DNA of 64,000 nucleotides from Geosiphon pyriformis uo1 (GCA_016748015.1 JAAOMT010000518.1:124001-188000); one strand, 5' to 3'. Positions 1 to 13,688 are shown, numbered from the stretch's first letter. The notes: generated by a model not told the origin, from the letters alone. Numbers and translations: made by a program.

Positions 1-100
1 AATACATTATAAAATAACCCCCGATTTGTTGTAACATCTGAAAGTGATCATTATGATGGGCTAAAATGATTATCTGGATTGTTATTATTTCATAAATATG

Positions 101-179
101 TATAGTAGACACCAAAGTAACCCCCGATTACATGTGTAACAATATAAAAAATTGGGCATTACTTTTGGTGCCTGTTGTA
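101..179. repeat. Short imperfect inverted repeat, possible Tc1/mariner-type MITE remnant
   Basis: TATAGTAGACACCAAAGTAA (101-120) resembles the reverse complement of 159-179 (TACAACAGGCACCAAAAGTAA), with TA at both ends. The motif AA(A/G)TAACCCCCGATT also occurs at ~12-26 and ~115-129. Confidence 0.3.
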
Positions 180-944
180 CAAACCCTTTTGAATAATCAA
201 TTGGGTGGTGGAAAACAAGATTTCTGGCATAAAGATAGGATTAATAAAGAAATAAAATTATAGGTTAAATTAGAAAATTATAATTTAATTAACATAAAAC
301 CATTATATATAGTAGCTCTAAAGTTTTATTTTGCTGCTATCCAATTATTTAAATTAAAATAAAGTTTAAAATATTATAAAGAAATTTAGTAGCTTTTAAT
401 TATTAATTTTATAATAAAATATTTCTAAAATTCAGAAAAAACTCTACTAAATAAGATTGAAAAAAATGATCATAAAAAGATAATTGGAGTTAAGAGGATA
501 AATATTAAAAGATATTATAAAATTTATAATTATTATTAATCAATTAATTAAATTAATAATAAAAGATAATTAAAAATAACTGTTAATTTTTAAATATAAA
601 TTAGTTTTATCAAAAAGATGTTTACGTTTTATTCCCAATATGAGAATTTTAAAATTTTTCTTTTTTTCTCTTTCTTATTTATTTCAAGATTATCTTTTAT
701 ACACTTTTATGGCATGGAATCTATTTAAAATAATACAGCTAACTGTACTTAGGTCTCTAAATCAGATTCTTAATTATTTTGTTTACTGCTTAAATAATTC
801 TAAAACAAGAAATAATTTTTTTTTTTATTTTTTGTTATTTGTTGCTGAAAACTAGATTGAAAATTTTAAATTTTTTTTTATTGTTTGAACTAAATTCTTT
901 AATAAAAATACCATTTTGTGATATTAAAAATATTTCCTTTCTAT

Positions 945-3180
945 ATCAGGTTTTTCCTTTTTAATTTTAAAACCTGCTAGAAAAATTAATTAAGTTACTA
1001 ATTTTTTAATGAGCAAACATCAGTGTCTTTTCTAATCGCTCTTCAACCATCTTTTGCACCCCGACTTTTATGATAAAAACTAAATAAAAATTAGAATATC
1101 AGTACTAATCTATATTTTTATTTACAGATGAAATAAAACGCTGGAACAGATATCCAACTTGTTTTACAAGTTGAGTGCAAAACATGTTTAAAAAGTAATT
1201 AACAAAGGTACTGAAGTTTGCTCATTAAGAAAATTAATTGACTTTTTCCAGCATATTGCCAACTGTTTTAGCATTAAAGAGGAAAGGCCTAAAATTTTGA
1301 TAAATTTAAGGTGGTAGAATTAGAGTAAAAGTTATTCATCAAGTATTAAAGACATAAAATTTTTTTATAATAGCTCCGATCCATTATTAGTTTTTAGATT
1401 GATTAGAATTTAATTACTGCTATTTTTAATTTTGGCTTTTGTTGCTTCTTATAACAATTATTTAAGAAAGTAAGAAATAATTCATTTCAGTATTAAATAA
1501 AACGTTAAACTGTTAGATAGTTTCTTCTTTTTTTAATATTTGATTATTATTGTAATAACTTTAAAGAATGAATCATCTTTTGTTCTTTATAAATATCTCT
1601 TTATTAGACACACTTATAAAATTCGAAATGATTGTAAAGAGTTTTTGAAAAGATGCTGGCAAAAGGTTTAGAATATATAATAGCTAAAGACTAGATTTCT
1701 AATTTTTTATTCTTGTTATTATTATTATTATTATTATTAAGTTAAATGAAAAAAATTGCTAAAGAATCTGAACTTGAAAGGTTTTTTCCATTCAGTCAAC
1801 TTGAAAAGATTATTAAACTTGATGGTTTTCTCAAAGAATCAATGTGATATAATGAGCATTTTCATATCCAGTTTTATTTTTATTTTTTGACTATTTTTAT
1901 GTAAAAATTTTCTCTGGTCTTTAATTTAAATTACCAAAGACAATATTTCTTCACTACTAATCTCACTTTCAAATATATATATCAAATTCCTTCAAGTAAA
2001 GTACTATAAAACAGTTTGAATATTTTTTATATATTATCAAATTTACTAATAAACTTTAATAATTTTTTTTAACTGCATTTCTAGAAAGATTAGTATTCAC
2101 AAACTTTTTAAGTATTATTAAAATTGAAAAACTTCAAGATTCTAATCCAACTGAAATTTGATAATCTTATATATTTTAATAAAGATAAAACAGCTATTCA
2201 ACTAACTGTTGTTTAGAGTTGGCCAAAACAATTGTTTTTTCCAATACTTCAAGCCAAAGGCCTTTTTTTGCAATTTTAAGATTAGTTTTGTGGATAATAT
2301 CAAAGCAAAAAAACTTATATTTTGAAGGAATGTATAATTTTTCTATTGATAGTATAATTTTTGAGAAAATATAATATAAAACTTTCTGAAAACTAATTAA
2401 AAGTTCCAAGTTTTAACCAATTTAAACATAATATCTTAATTAATTACTTTTATTATTAGTAAATCTCTCATTTTTCAGTTTAATATGCTGTAATTTATTT
2501 TAGCTTTTACCAAATTTTATGTTTTATATCTTTATAATAATGTTTTAAACTTAAATCTTAATTTAAAAAAGAAAGTTTTAAAATTTTTTTTATTACAGAA
2601 TAGGTAAATAAGTTAATTAACAATAAGACATAATAAATAAAGAAAACTTTAGCATAAATTATTTATACTCTATAAAATCAATTATTAATTGGCAAGTTAT
2701 ATATGTTCTAAACCAATATATTAATAATGCAAAAAATAAAAATGACAAATTTTATCTTAGAATAAAGAAACGTTAAAAAAATTAATAAAATTAATAAAAT
2801 GAATTATTAAAAAATAAAATATCAAAAAAAAAGATATGTAAAATTTATAAATTACTTTACATTTTGTATTCACATTAATAATTTTCAAAACTAAACATAG
2901 AATAAGAATGTGCTAAAACAAAAGATATCAATACTAATCTATAATTTTATTTACAGTTAAAATAAGATCTGAAAACAAAAAATTAAAAAAGTAAATAAAT
3001 GTAAAAATTTCTATTGTTAGACCTGCTTAATCTCTTTTTAGTTTAAATAATTCAAAACATAGATTACTATGCTAGAAATTGGAGCACAAAAAATAGCTAA
3101 AAAGAAATAAAATTTGCTTATTAAAAAATTTGTAGCTTAATTGGTTTTTTCCAATAATTTTAAAAAAGTCTAACATAGAA
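945..3180. repeat. Heavily decayed dispersed repeat, three partial copies
   Basis: GTTTGCTCATTAA..AAATT..TTTTTC(T/C)AGCA appears inverted at ~960-1018, forward at ~1216-1255 and again at ~3113-3155. An intron-like TACTAATCTAT..TTTATTTACAG is shared by ~1095-1127 and ~2925-2956. Confidence 0.4.
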
Positions 3181-4699
3181 AAAACTATTTTTATTTTCGT
3201 TTTACATGGCCAAATAATAAAATATTGCTTATAATAAAGTCAAAAATAAAAGTTTTAATGATAAAAAATTTTTAAAAATATAATTAAATAAGTTAACTAT
3301 ATATAATTTTTATTTTATCATTTTTTAATATATTTAATAAACTTTATTTTTTAAAATATTTTAACAAATTAAATAAAAAATTTTCAAAATTTTCAGAATT
3401 AAAACAAATTATAATATACAGTATACAAAAACAATTTTAAACTTTAAATAAATCAATAAAACAAAGTTTTTAATTGCTTTTAATTTTTAAATTTTTAAAA
3501 TCTAATTTAATTTGTTTAAAATAAAAAATAATTAAATTTTTTTTCTTTGTTTAAAAATTGTTTAAGAGAAAAATATAAGTTACTTATTTAATTAATTAAT
3601 TTATTAAATCTTATTAAATTAATTTTATTATATAGTTAACTGTTTATATAAAATGTACAATTTATTTTGATTTTAAAAATTATTATAAATTAATATAATT
3701 AAAAATCAATATTTATATTACAAATTTTTTAAAAAATTAACTATAATAAAAAATAATGTAAAATAATTAAAAATTAATTAAAAAATAATGTATTTTAGTT
3801 ATTATAATATAGCAAATAACACAAATATTACATGATAATATTTTTGAATTAACCAAAATAAAAACTTTAAAATAAATCTCTAATGTTGACAAATGTATTA
3901 AGTTTTTTAATAAAAATATCAAAACCAAAGCTGTTTATTAAGTAGCAATTAATTATATAATTTTGGTATAATATTATATGTTATCTAATTTTAATATTAT
4001 ATAGATATTATAAAAATTGTATTTGTTAATTTTTAATTGTTTATTTCTTATTATACCATTTTACAATATAATTATTATTTTTATTATTTTTAAGAAAAAA
4101 TTTGATCGTATATTGAATTTTTATTTTCAAATAATATAATTGTTTGGTTTTAAAAAAAAATCATAAATTGTTCTAAAAATACAAACTAGATAAAAATAAT
4201 GAAAATAAATTTTTAATAAATGTGAAGATACAAATAATAATTTTAATAAGAAAAATATTAAAGAATTTGAAAGCAGTTTTAATATAATAATAAACATATA
4301 TTAAGTAAATAATTTACTGAAGAAATTTTAATAAATTATTTTAAAATATATGTCGAATTAAATAGTTTATTTTCGAGAGTAGCTTAACTAGGAGAAAAGG
4401 AGTATTTTTATAGCGTGTAAATATAATGTTCGCATCACTGCCGATAGTCACGTGCACCGTACATTTTACATTTTTCGCCATGGCTAGGTATTAGGAAAAA
4501 TCACGAGGTTTGAGCGTGACTTCGTTTAATTGTTATTAGAGTTGATGATCAAATCAAATTTTTTTAAACAAAATAAACTCCCATTGGGAAAAGTTTTTCA
4601 ATTACAGGAAGTTTTTAATGCTTGTCTTCGTAAACTTGAAGCGGCTTCTTTTAGTCCCATTTCGAAATATTAACTATTTGCCAGCTTTTTTCATTTATC

Positions 4700-5625
4700 T
4701 TCTGAATATAATGCTCACTTTTTCTCTCGAAGTAAATAATATATTAAGTATCATATGCTTTTGATGCTGATATAGCGGTTAATGGTGTTGGTAATAGCAC
4801 CCAGAGGCCTGCCGGAATACCTATATACACTTAGCCTGAAATCACAAAAAAAAGAAAACTAAATAATCTTACACCAGTTTCCAAAAGTACCAACGTGGGG
4901 AATGGGTACTATATTAACTAAGGGAGTTAGATGCAAAGAAATAAGTAAAAAACTCTGTATTTCGGCTTTGGGTATATTGAAGGAGCAAAGTTGCATTGCT
5001 ATGATTGTTGCTGGGCTTGGTATTTGGCACGTGATTGCTCAAACAATAGCTCTTGTTGCCGCAGGAGTTCTTCTTCGGTGATACCAGAGTTTTCCAGCCG
5101 TGAACTCTTTTTTTCACGATCCTAAGGAATGAATACAATCGTTTCATACATTAAAAAACTTTTGATACATAGGTTTCACACAATGTATATAAAAAACAAT
5201 TTATTAAGCAAACCTTTTGCAATTTCCTGTGTTCCTTGAAGACTTCTTGCACCTCAGCAAGATAACTTTCGAAACCCAAAGCCTATTATTTACAAAGCAA
5301 AAAAAAGTATATAAAACTTTTAGAATATTAAAATTTTATTTTGGTTTGTCATTTAATTTTACAATAAAAAATATTCATATGTACCTTGAGCGCCGAAATT
5401 ACATGTTCAGCGGCAATCGTCTTTTTGGACTCTTTTTCGCATATTTCATTGGCCTCGGATGCGATCAAGTGTATAAATTCTTTTAAAGCAATGAAAAATA
5501 GTAATCAGAAAGATGGAAACAACGAAAATGTGTTGAATAAATGGAAAGATATCGCTAGTAGAGAAATTGAAAAAGTATGCTTCAAGTATACTTACCAACA
5601 CAACAATCAATTAAAAGATCCCTAG
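4700..5625. other. Possible small spliced gene fragments or pseudogenes of unknown function (4914-5147 minus, 5386-5625 plus)
   Basis: Higher GC with retained CpG, short ORFs and plausible GT/AG sites. No recognisable domain. Confidence 0.2.
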
Positions 5626-6440
5626 TATCTTTTGCACATAAAATATCTACCGGAAGCATTTCCGTGATGAGTTTTTGAACAGTAGCTAATCATTATCAGT
5701 TTAGTATGTTAATTTGTAAATAATAGATCATAAACCCTATTCAAATAATCTTCACCAAATTCTCATGAGTTTAATAGTACATTCAAGCCCCAAGCTCAAA
5801 CAAACCATTTCCAATAAACTCACAATTCATACCTTTTGGCAACGACAACTCATCATCAACGCCGCCGTTACCGGTTGTCTCGTGTTCGTCGCTCATTTTG
5901 ATGAAGGTAACAGTTATTGTATCGCACGAATGGCCTACCTTTAATATCAATCGTCGTCGTCAGAGTTTTTTGACTATAGCTCAACATTGTGTCTTTATAT
6001 AAGGGAGAGAACACAGCTTTTACACCATAATCACCCACACCCGCTTACAAGGAGAAAATTTCTTGTGCTCACTGGTGACGCAACAGATGGGGTACTTGGA
6101 ATTGGGGTACTTAATGTTAACTATTTTCTAAATTGAGAATTTTTATAAAATTGAATTAATAATCAAAATAGTTACTAAGTAAATTAAGATTAACTAAAAA
6201 TTATAATGATAATTAATTGGTTTTATTACAAAATTATTATAAATAATATTATCCACAAATACATTAAACATTTAAAATAAAGCAAATTAATTTTATTTAA
6301 AAAACAAGATGAATATTAAAATGTTATAATTCTTAATATAATAATAAATATGTTTAGTTATTTTTATTATTATAAAAAAATCTTGATTAATCTAATTTTT
6401 AATAAATTCAGCTATTTAAAAAATATGTTAACGAAAATTC

Positions 6441-6524
6441 GGGTGGCTGGTCACGTGTAGAAAAAGCATGAACTGCGTTTAATATGGAACATGTATATTT
6501 AAATTAGCATCATATAAAAAAAAA
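6441..6524 (+). mobile_element. Extremely 5'-truncated LINE 3'-tail fragment ending in an A-tract
   Basis: GGGTGGCTGGTCACGTGTAGAAAAAGCATGAACTGCGTTTAA matches the 3' terminal motif of the LINEs at ~35965-36006 and ~61838-61875, and is followed by A9. Confidence 0.7.
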
Positions 6525-6764
6525 TTAATTTATAAATAATTAATGGTATTTTAATACATCTTATTTATACAATTGTAGATAAAACTGCAATAGAACAAAA
6601 GAATGCTTTTAATGTCTAGCCTTACTAAGAAAGTTTTAATAAAGAAAAAATTGGTCATTTTGGTAACTGTCCTTCATTAGAAAAACTTATCATATGCGCA
6701 ATATGTTTATGCCAAAGTATTCTTGTCTCGTCGAATGCGTATCTGATGATGGATATATGCAAGA

Positions 6765-8932
6765 CTATAGTGCTAAATCACATTCTTCATCTGGTTCATT
6801 TTCTCGCTTTCTTTTCTGATGTATTGACGTATCTTCTGCTGATTCAGTTAAATTCAAACTAACACTAATATCATCTAAATCATTGTCGCCATCATCTATA
6901 ATCTCCCATGATACTGTAGAAGTTACAAGAGGTAAGCCCATATCATCTCTGGGGATGATAATGCCATGAAAAGGACATCGAAACAGGTCGCGCCTAGGAC
7001 AGAGAAGTCCATTTTTCAAACGCGCACGACATGGGAGTATCTCTGGTTTTTGTGGTGGAGAAACACTCTTAGCTGGCGATGTCTCATATGATGAAAGAGC
7101 ATTCATCGGAATGATCTCTTTTTCATCAACCTGTGGGATAATTACTTCCTCAAATTCAGTATCATCATCTGCTTTTTCCTGCATATTAGTTGAAAAGTCT
7201 GAATAAATCAATTGAATGGTTATCCTGTTTCGATGCAGTGGAAAGAAGCGACCAGAATACAAAGAATCAAATGAAAAAATACCTCTCAGTTGAACATTGA
7301 GCTCTTCACATCGGAATTTTGCACTATCGAACACCTTTTGGATATCTAAAACCCTTTTTATAAGTACATCTCGCTTTTTCTCGTCCTTCAAAAATCAAAA
7401 GGTATTAGTAATATCATTAAAAACAAGAATTGCATTAACTAGAGTCAAATAAAACCTTGGGGGCCAAACTCGTTAAGTCATTCAGCCATCTGTTCACCAT
7501 GGAAATATACTTTCCTAAAGCTTTAGAGAATTCTCTTAGATTTTCGAAAATTATCGCGTTTTCCGAAGTTTCCACTATTTGCATCGGGTTTCTAGTGGGA
7601 AAAGAAATAGTCAACTCATAACTACTGGATCCTAAACCATGAGCAGCTGCCATCTGTATTTGTTGAGATAAGAGAATTGAAGAATGAAAACCTTGAGCTG
7701 GGTTTCAAGATTCACTAATATAAAAATTTGTGATTTACAGCTTCGCTACCTCTTTGAATGTCTTTAAGGGACGAGACTCCCGAGGAGGCGTCGCTAACGG
7801 CTTGGAATCGATGACAATTTCTTCGACAGGCTTCGGAACCAATATTTCAAAGCATACATTCTATAATGAAAGAATTTTTCTCAAGATTTACATATATATA
7901 TATATATATATATTAGTAATTCATTGCCATACCATTGCCTTCAAGGTCTCTGAGAAGGCTCTAGTTTTTTCTTGAATTTCCATCTCTATCTTATTCAAAA
8001 GAGCTTCACCAAGGCTTTCCTTGCGAGCCTAAATATGATTAATTAAACTTTAAACATGACCTAAATAATATTTGATGAAAACAACTTATTACTTTCTTCT
8101 CAAATGAACTTTGTTTACCTGTTCTTCACGCTGTTTTCTCATAATAGTAGCGTACGAAACAATCCCTACATCAGTTAACTCAATTTTCGAATTGTTTTTC
8201 AAAAAATCGGTAGCAAGACTTAGCTGCCCAATTGAGAAGAAAGAAAAATGATTAGAAGAGTGGGACATTCTCCAGATGAAAAAGATATATCAAGAAATTT
8301 ATTACCTGCTTACACGAAGCTCCATATTTCTCCTGCCACTGCTTAATTAAAGCGACCCCGAGGGACTTGAGCTTAGCGGCAGCATTAGTTGGGGGTGGCA
8401 ATGGTTTACCATTTATGCCAATAGTAAGTTCAAGCATAACAGGCAAGTCTGCAACTAAAAGTTGCCTAAATTGATGAGATCGCGTAAATAATATATCAAT
8501 CAACTGTAAAGAAAGGTATCGTATCTGTACAATTAACAGTCACAGAAAATATTGAGATCCCATGCAGTGTTTCAGAAACACTGCAAAAAAAATCTTTTAG
8601 TGTTAGATATCATTGCGTGAGAATACGCTACTTACCTGAACACGTTTACTCTTTAATTGACCAAAAAGAAGCGAATACGAGTGTCGTAAAATAAGATCAG
8701 ATTTTTTGCAAAGCATTTTGAATTCCTGTTAGAGAATAACTTTTAATATAAAGAATCCAATAGTACAGTCTGTCAAACAATTCAAAAATTGGTTGCAAAC
8801 TTTTAGCTTAATCTCGTCCAAGGAGTCCTCATCGGTTTTGGTCAAGTCGATAACAAGTTTAGTAAATTGTTTAAGCGGGTCTGGAGGTGTAGCAACAACT
8901 ACTTCCCTTCTTTTTTTGTAATGAAAAGACAT
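6765..8932 (-). CDS. UVSSA: UV-stimulated scaffold protein A homolog (multi-exon; 3' end approximate)
   Basis: The N-terminal VHS/ENTH-like part reads HSQIRYLSLQLIDILFTRSHQFRQLL..LPPP..AAAKLK..IKQWQEKYG. The central GLGSSSYELTI..ENAIIFENLRE and the C-terminal zinc finger CRARLKNGLLCPRRDLFRCPFHGIIIPRDDMG are typical of UVSSA. ATG is at 8932 and introns are GT-AG. Confidence 0.85.
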
Positions 8933-9342
8933 AGCTATTGTGTAGAAAGATTTGAATTGTAACAATGATAATAAATGAATCACATGAAAGCATTCTGAAT
9001 TTTCCACTAATCGGGAAAATGGAATCTACAAATGAAATTATTGATCGGACAAAATACTCAGCTCTCAAGAAGTCAAAGCCACTTGTAGCGGGAAAACATT
9101 ACAAGGAGCTCTAATTTCTCGACTTCATTAGTTTGTTACACGACTGTGAACCACACTCCTTTATACTGCATGCGCATAACCCCTCGAATTAACTTCTAGT
9201 TTCTGACTTGCTTTAGCTGCTGCGTTAATAGATTTTGGCCAAATCTTGTTGCTTCTTATCACACATTAACCAAAAAAGGGTGTGAGAGCACAGGGTTGAT
9301 TGAGATTCTAAGGGAACTCAAAAAACTTGAGAAAAACAAACA
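8933..9342. promoter_or_regulatory. Putative bidirectional promoter between UVSSA and CCR4
   Basis: The two start codons are head-to-head and ~410 bp apart. The region retains CpG and contains the near-palindrome TGCATGCGCA. No direct TSS evidence. Confidence 0.4.
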
Positions 9343-12020
9343 ATGGTAAAAGATCTCACCAGACGAAGACTTTATCATAACAGTATCATGGAGACTTTTC
9401 CCCACCAGTTAATTTATAATGGTTCCTCTAACCATGTTTCGCCAATTCACTCACCTACACAAACGCCGTCTCCTACAACGTCTCCCACCCCAACTTCACC
9501 CTCTCTCGGCTTCTCCGGAAATCACAATCACATGGCAGGGCCTTCGATTTACGCCGCGAACATACCTCTCTTTTTTCAATCAAAACTTCGACCAAAATTA
9601 CAGGAATCGCAACAATTAAACCACACATTCCCAGCACACTCTCTCCTTAGCCAAAATCAAGGACCTCCTTCGCAAGCTCTAAACTCTCCGGCTAACATGA
9701 GTGTCTCACAGCCCCCACTGTCTCTCTCTAGCAGTTCTTCAAACCAACTCAATAATACTGTAAGTTCACCACATTGGCAGCAACAAGTTAACTATGCACA
9801 GCTATGTAGACAATCAGCCGCTCCTCACCACCATGCACGTCAAGCAGCAGCAGCAGCACGTAATAATAGTTTGGGCAGTTCTGCTATCGCGATCACTGAC
9901 CCCAATAATCCCAATAAGCCTCCCGTAAATGGAGTTTCTCCAAAAAAAGAAGTGAATGGCGATAAAAAGGATCCGCATCCCTCCCAACAATGGTTAACGA
10001 TTGATTTAGGTGGTATGGGATTGAAAAACATTAGCAAAGAACTATTCGGTTACAAATTCCTCAACACTCTCTATATAAATCATAATAATTTGACTTACAT
10101 CTCGCCTGAGGTATCAAAACTGCGAAATCTGACCTTATTAGATATATCTGGGAATAAATTAACCTCTATTCCTTCGGAGATGGGCATGCTGACTAGTCTT
10201 CGAGATTTGCTTCTATTCGACAATGCTTTGATGACGCTTCCAGCAGAATTGGGTACTCTTTACCAATTGGAGACCCTTGGGCTGGAGGGAAATCCATTAA
10301 ATGAGCCTATCAAGACTATATTACAAAATAAAGGCACAAATGCTGTAATAACTTACTTGAGAGATGGTTGTCCAGGTCTGGAACAAGTTTTTCAATTAAA
10401 ATTGAATTGGTTTTATTTTAATATTATAGGCGTATAAATTCTTGAAAATTCTTCAGTTCCTCTCGCCCCAGCCGATCGAGATTGGATATTATTAGAGAAT
10501 GAACAGACCAGTACAGGTCCTGGTATGTCTCGGATACCTGGGCGTTGGCATTGACTTAGGAAATTAGATAATCGTTGGCACAATGAAATGGTATACCTAC
10601 TATATTTCTCACTTTTGATGCATATTGGGCAAAAATTTTTTTTATATGTGTGCGATAGATACCTTCACTCTGCTTTGCTACAATGTCCTATGTGAAAAGT
10701 ACGCTACCACACAATTGTATGGCTATACTCCTTCTTGGGCACTTTCTTGGGATTATCGTAAAGACAACATTTTACAAGAAGTCTTATCATACAATTCAGA
10801 TATCATTTGTCTTCAGGTAAATTTTTTGGCTTAGAATTTACTTTAAGTTTGTTTCTCTAATTTTTTTTGTCGCAGGAGGTTGATATTTCACAATATGAAG
10901 ACTATTTTAAAGAAGAGCTCCATAAGTCTGACTATGATAGTGTATATTGGCCAAAATCTCGTGCAAAGACAATGGGTGATTGGGAAAGGAAATCGGTTGA
11001 TGGGTGTGCAACTTTCTTCAAGGCATCGAGGTATTTCTTGAATTCTGCTTCATAATAGTGCTTTTGATAGAATAATGAAAAATTATCACGTAGGTTACTA
11101 AATTCTTGGTCTAATTTCTGGTGACTTTTTTTACCTGATAGGTTCACAATGGTTGATAAAGTTTTAATTGAATTCAATCAAGTTGCCTTACAAAGATCTG
11201 ATATTAAAAAAACTGAAGATATGTTTAATCGTGTTATAACCAAAGACAACATCGCGGTTGTAACATTGCTTGAGAATAAGGACAATCAGTCTCGTATGAT
11301 TGTCGTTAATTGTCATATTCATTGGGATCCTACATATGCAGATGTCAAGCTTGTTCAAGTAGCAATGCTAATGGATGAATTGGACAAACTTGCTCAAAAA
11401 TGGTGCACAATACCTAGTCAAACCCAATCTGGCAACAATTATATTGGACCACAAAAAATATCGACCATCATTTGTGGGGATTTTAACTCAACTCCAGATT
11501 CTGGAGTTTACGAATTTCTTTCACGTGGTAGCATACGACAAGATCACAATGATTTTGGTGATCATATATATGGTGCTTATACATCAGATGGATTGACTCA
11601 TAAGCTCTCGCTGAAATCGGCATACTCGAGTATAGAAGAATTACCATTCACGAACTTTACTCCATCATTTACTGGGGTGATTGATTATATATGGTACAGC
11701 ACCAACACATTAACTGTCACTGGATTATTGGGTGGCATAGATAAAGAATATTTAAAAAAAATTGTTGGTTTCCCAAATGCTCATTTCCCGTCAGAGTAAG
11801 GCGAATCAATTTCATGTATCTGTTGATTTTTCACGTTCGTTTTCAATTTATTTTTGATTGATATTAAGGATCAATGAAAATTTTCTTTTACAGTCATGTA
11901 GTCATTCTTGCTGAATTTCGACTAAAGCCGCCTGCTCCAATACAGCCACCACCACAATTTGGTATTTCAAGCCATTCTCATCATCGAAGAGTTCACGGTC
12001 ATCTAAGTACAAAGAAATAA
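9343..12020 (+). CDS. CCR4: CCR4-NOT deadenylase subunit Ccr4 (LRR + EEP nuclease); exons ~9343-10375, 10457-10523, 10659-10816, 10876-11030, 11142-11794, 11894-12020
   Basis: Fungal N-terminal motif [20 protein letters not shown] is followed by LRRs ([24 protein letters not shown]). EEP motifs YNVL, DIICLQE, CHIHWDP..DVK, CGDFNS, FTN..IDYIWY and PSDH are present, and the GT-AG introns join in frame. Confidence 0.96.
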
Positions 12021-12860
12021 CGATATTCGGCCTTGACGACATATGAAGATTACACTGATATCAAAAAAATCAACATCAATGTCAACATAAATGCACATTT
12101 CCTACGTTTTGGACAATGTTACTATTATTTGCAACCAGCTAGTCACAAATTTTGGTTTGGAATAATTGGTGCGTGTGGTAAAATATAAGAGAGACATGTA
12201 AGATTTTTTGTTCACCTTTTGGACTTTGTAAAGTTTTTGGGGCTTAATAGATCATTATCATTATAATCACAACAAAACATCATCATCATTCACATTCAAC
12301 AACATCACGCACGTTTTTACCATTAGTATTCGCTTAATCACAATCGTATTCCTCTTCGGATCACTTCTATCAAAAAGCCATTTTCCTTTTGTTTTAAATG
12401 CCCTTATACCTCCTCATTTCGGAAACTTGTTTCGTACGCTACCGCCGTTCCGTTTTAATCCTTTAGCAAAAAATCATACGCTCGTTTTCCCAAAATCTCT
12501 TTTTTAATTTCCCTTACTTTCTATAATGTAAATAACCATAGCGTTTACCCGTCTAACTCAGTAAAACAGAACATTGAGACAATTGAAGAGGAGAGCGGGG
12601 GATGGTCCGGATACATACGTATTGAGACTACGCTGACATACAATATAAATTTTTATTTTCCCTCTTTTTTTCAAATAATGATCGTGCCATGTTGTAAATT
12701 GGCTTCTTAGCATAATATGATGCTTCTTGATGTGCATCATGTGATATGTTGCAATTTATTGTTTGATTTGATTAAGATTTACATATTAACTTGACGAATT
12801 GTTATCAGTTTTCAGCTATTCTCGAAACCTTTAGCATAACTTTGAACCAAAATTCAAAAA

Positions 12861-13688
12861 ATGGTCCTCAAAAGGTTTACTTTCGCTTTCAAATTAATTG
12901 CCTCAAATCCTCTGACCACATTCGCAGTTGGAGCAATAGTGGCAGTGGCAGTAAACGTAGGTATTTGGGCTATTCCGTTGTTTTACCCTAAAAAATTGAC
13001 GGACAAAGCCAAGAAAACTAGCAATAAAGGTAAGGATGAGGTCGACGAACAAAAGAAAAACGAAACCGCTCTTAAGAGTAAACAACTCGAGGGTATGAAA
13101 TCTAAACTTCACGAAAAAGGCAAAGAACAGTGGACTGCCAAAAGCAAATATCCATTCAGTGAAAAAACTGGGGCCGAATTCGGCGAAGAAAGTAACGTTG
13201 AAGCCAGTGAAAAGAGCACTAAGAAATTCAGCAAGCATCCTAAAAGGAATGAACAAGAAAAAGAACGGGAGTCCAGCAAAGGCCACTCTTTTATACCGGC
13301 TGAAATTGAAAAAATAGCTCACAAAGACAGGCTGTCGCTAACAGAGAAGTCAAAGGGAGGAGCAGTTGAGACGAAAAAGCTTAAGGAAGAAGCGACTAAG
13401 CTGCTTAAAATGCACTCTGTTTATGCTAAATTACTAGAAGATTTTAGGTGTCTCAATGATGATATTGCAAGAGAATATAAAATTTTGCATCAGTGGATTC
13501 CCCATGAAGCCAAAAAGAGAAAGGCTGAAAAGAAAATCAATGCAGACGAAAAAGAAAGGAACTTCGAGTTGTACCAAGAAAATATGCTCATTTGGGAAAA
13601 AAACTTGGCGCTTAAAGAAAAAATACTGGATGAGAAATTTTCAGAGGAAAGACTGCTTGAATTAAGTTTAATGCAGAAAGACGAATAA
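12861..13688 (+). CDS. Hypothetical 275-aa protein with an N-terminal hydrophobic segment and a Lys/Glu-rich coiled-coil region
   Basis: Long intronless ORF with coding-like composition. Hydrophobic stretch FAVGAIVAVAVNVGIWAIPLF. No family recognised. Confidence 0.6.
   Translation: MVLKRFTFAFKLIASNPLTTFAVGAIVAVAVNVGIWAIPLFYPKKLTDKAKKTSNKGKDEVDEQKKNETALKSKQLEGMKSKLHEKGKEQWTAKSKYPFSEKTGAEFGEESNVEASEKSTKKFSKHPKRNEQEKERESSKGHSFIPAEIEKIAHKDRLSLTEKSKGGAVETKKLKEEATKLLKMHSVYAKLLEDFRCLNDDIAREYKILHQWIPHEAKKRKAEKKINADEKERNFELYQENMLIWEKNLALKEKILDEKFSEERLLELSLMQKDE

Noticed and set aside
640-2409. Short F/I/K/N-rich ORFs (640-855, 2194-2409; also 20024-20428, 20967-21176, 29538-29795)
   Set aside because: Their composition is what chance gives in extremely AT-rich decayed repeats, and they have no motifs.
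12903-13322. Hydrophobic antisense ORF (also 9840-10037, 23350-23694, 41104-41475, 58364-58639 and similar)
   Set aside because: These are shadows of coding sequence on the opposite strand.
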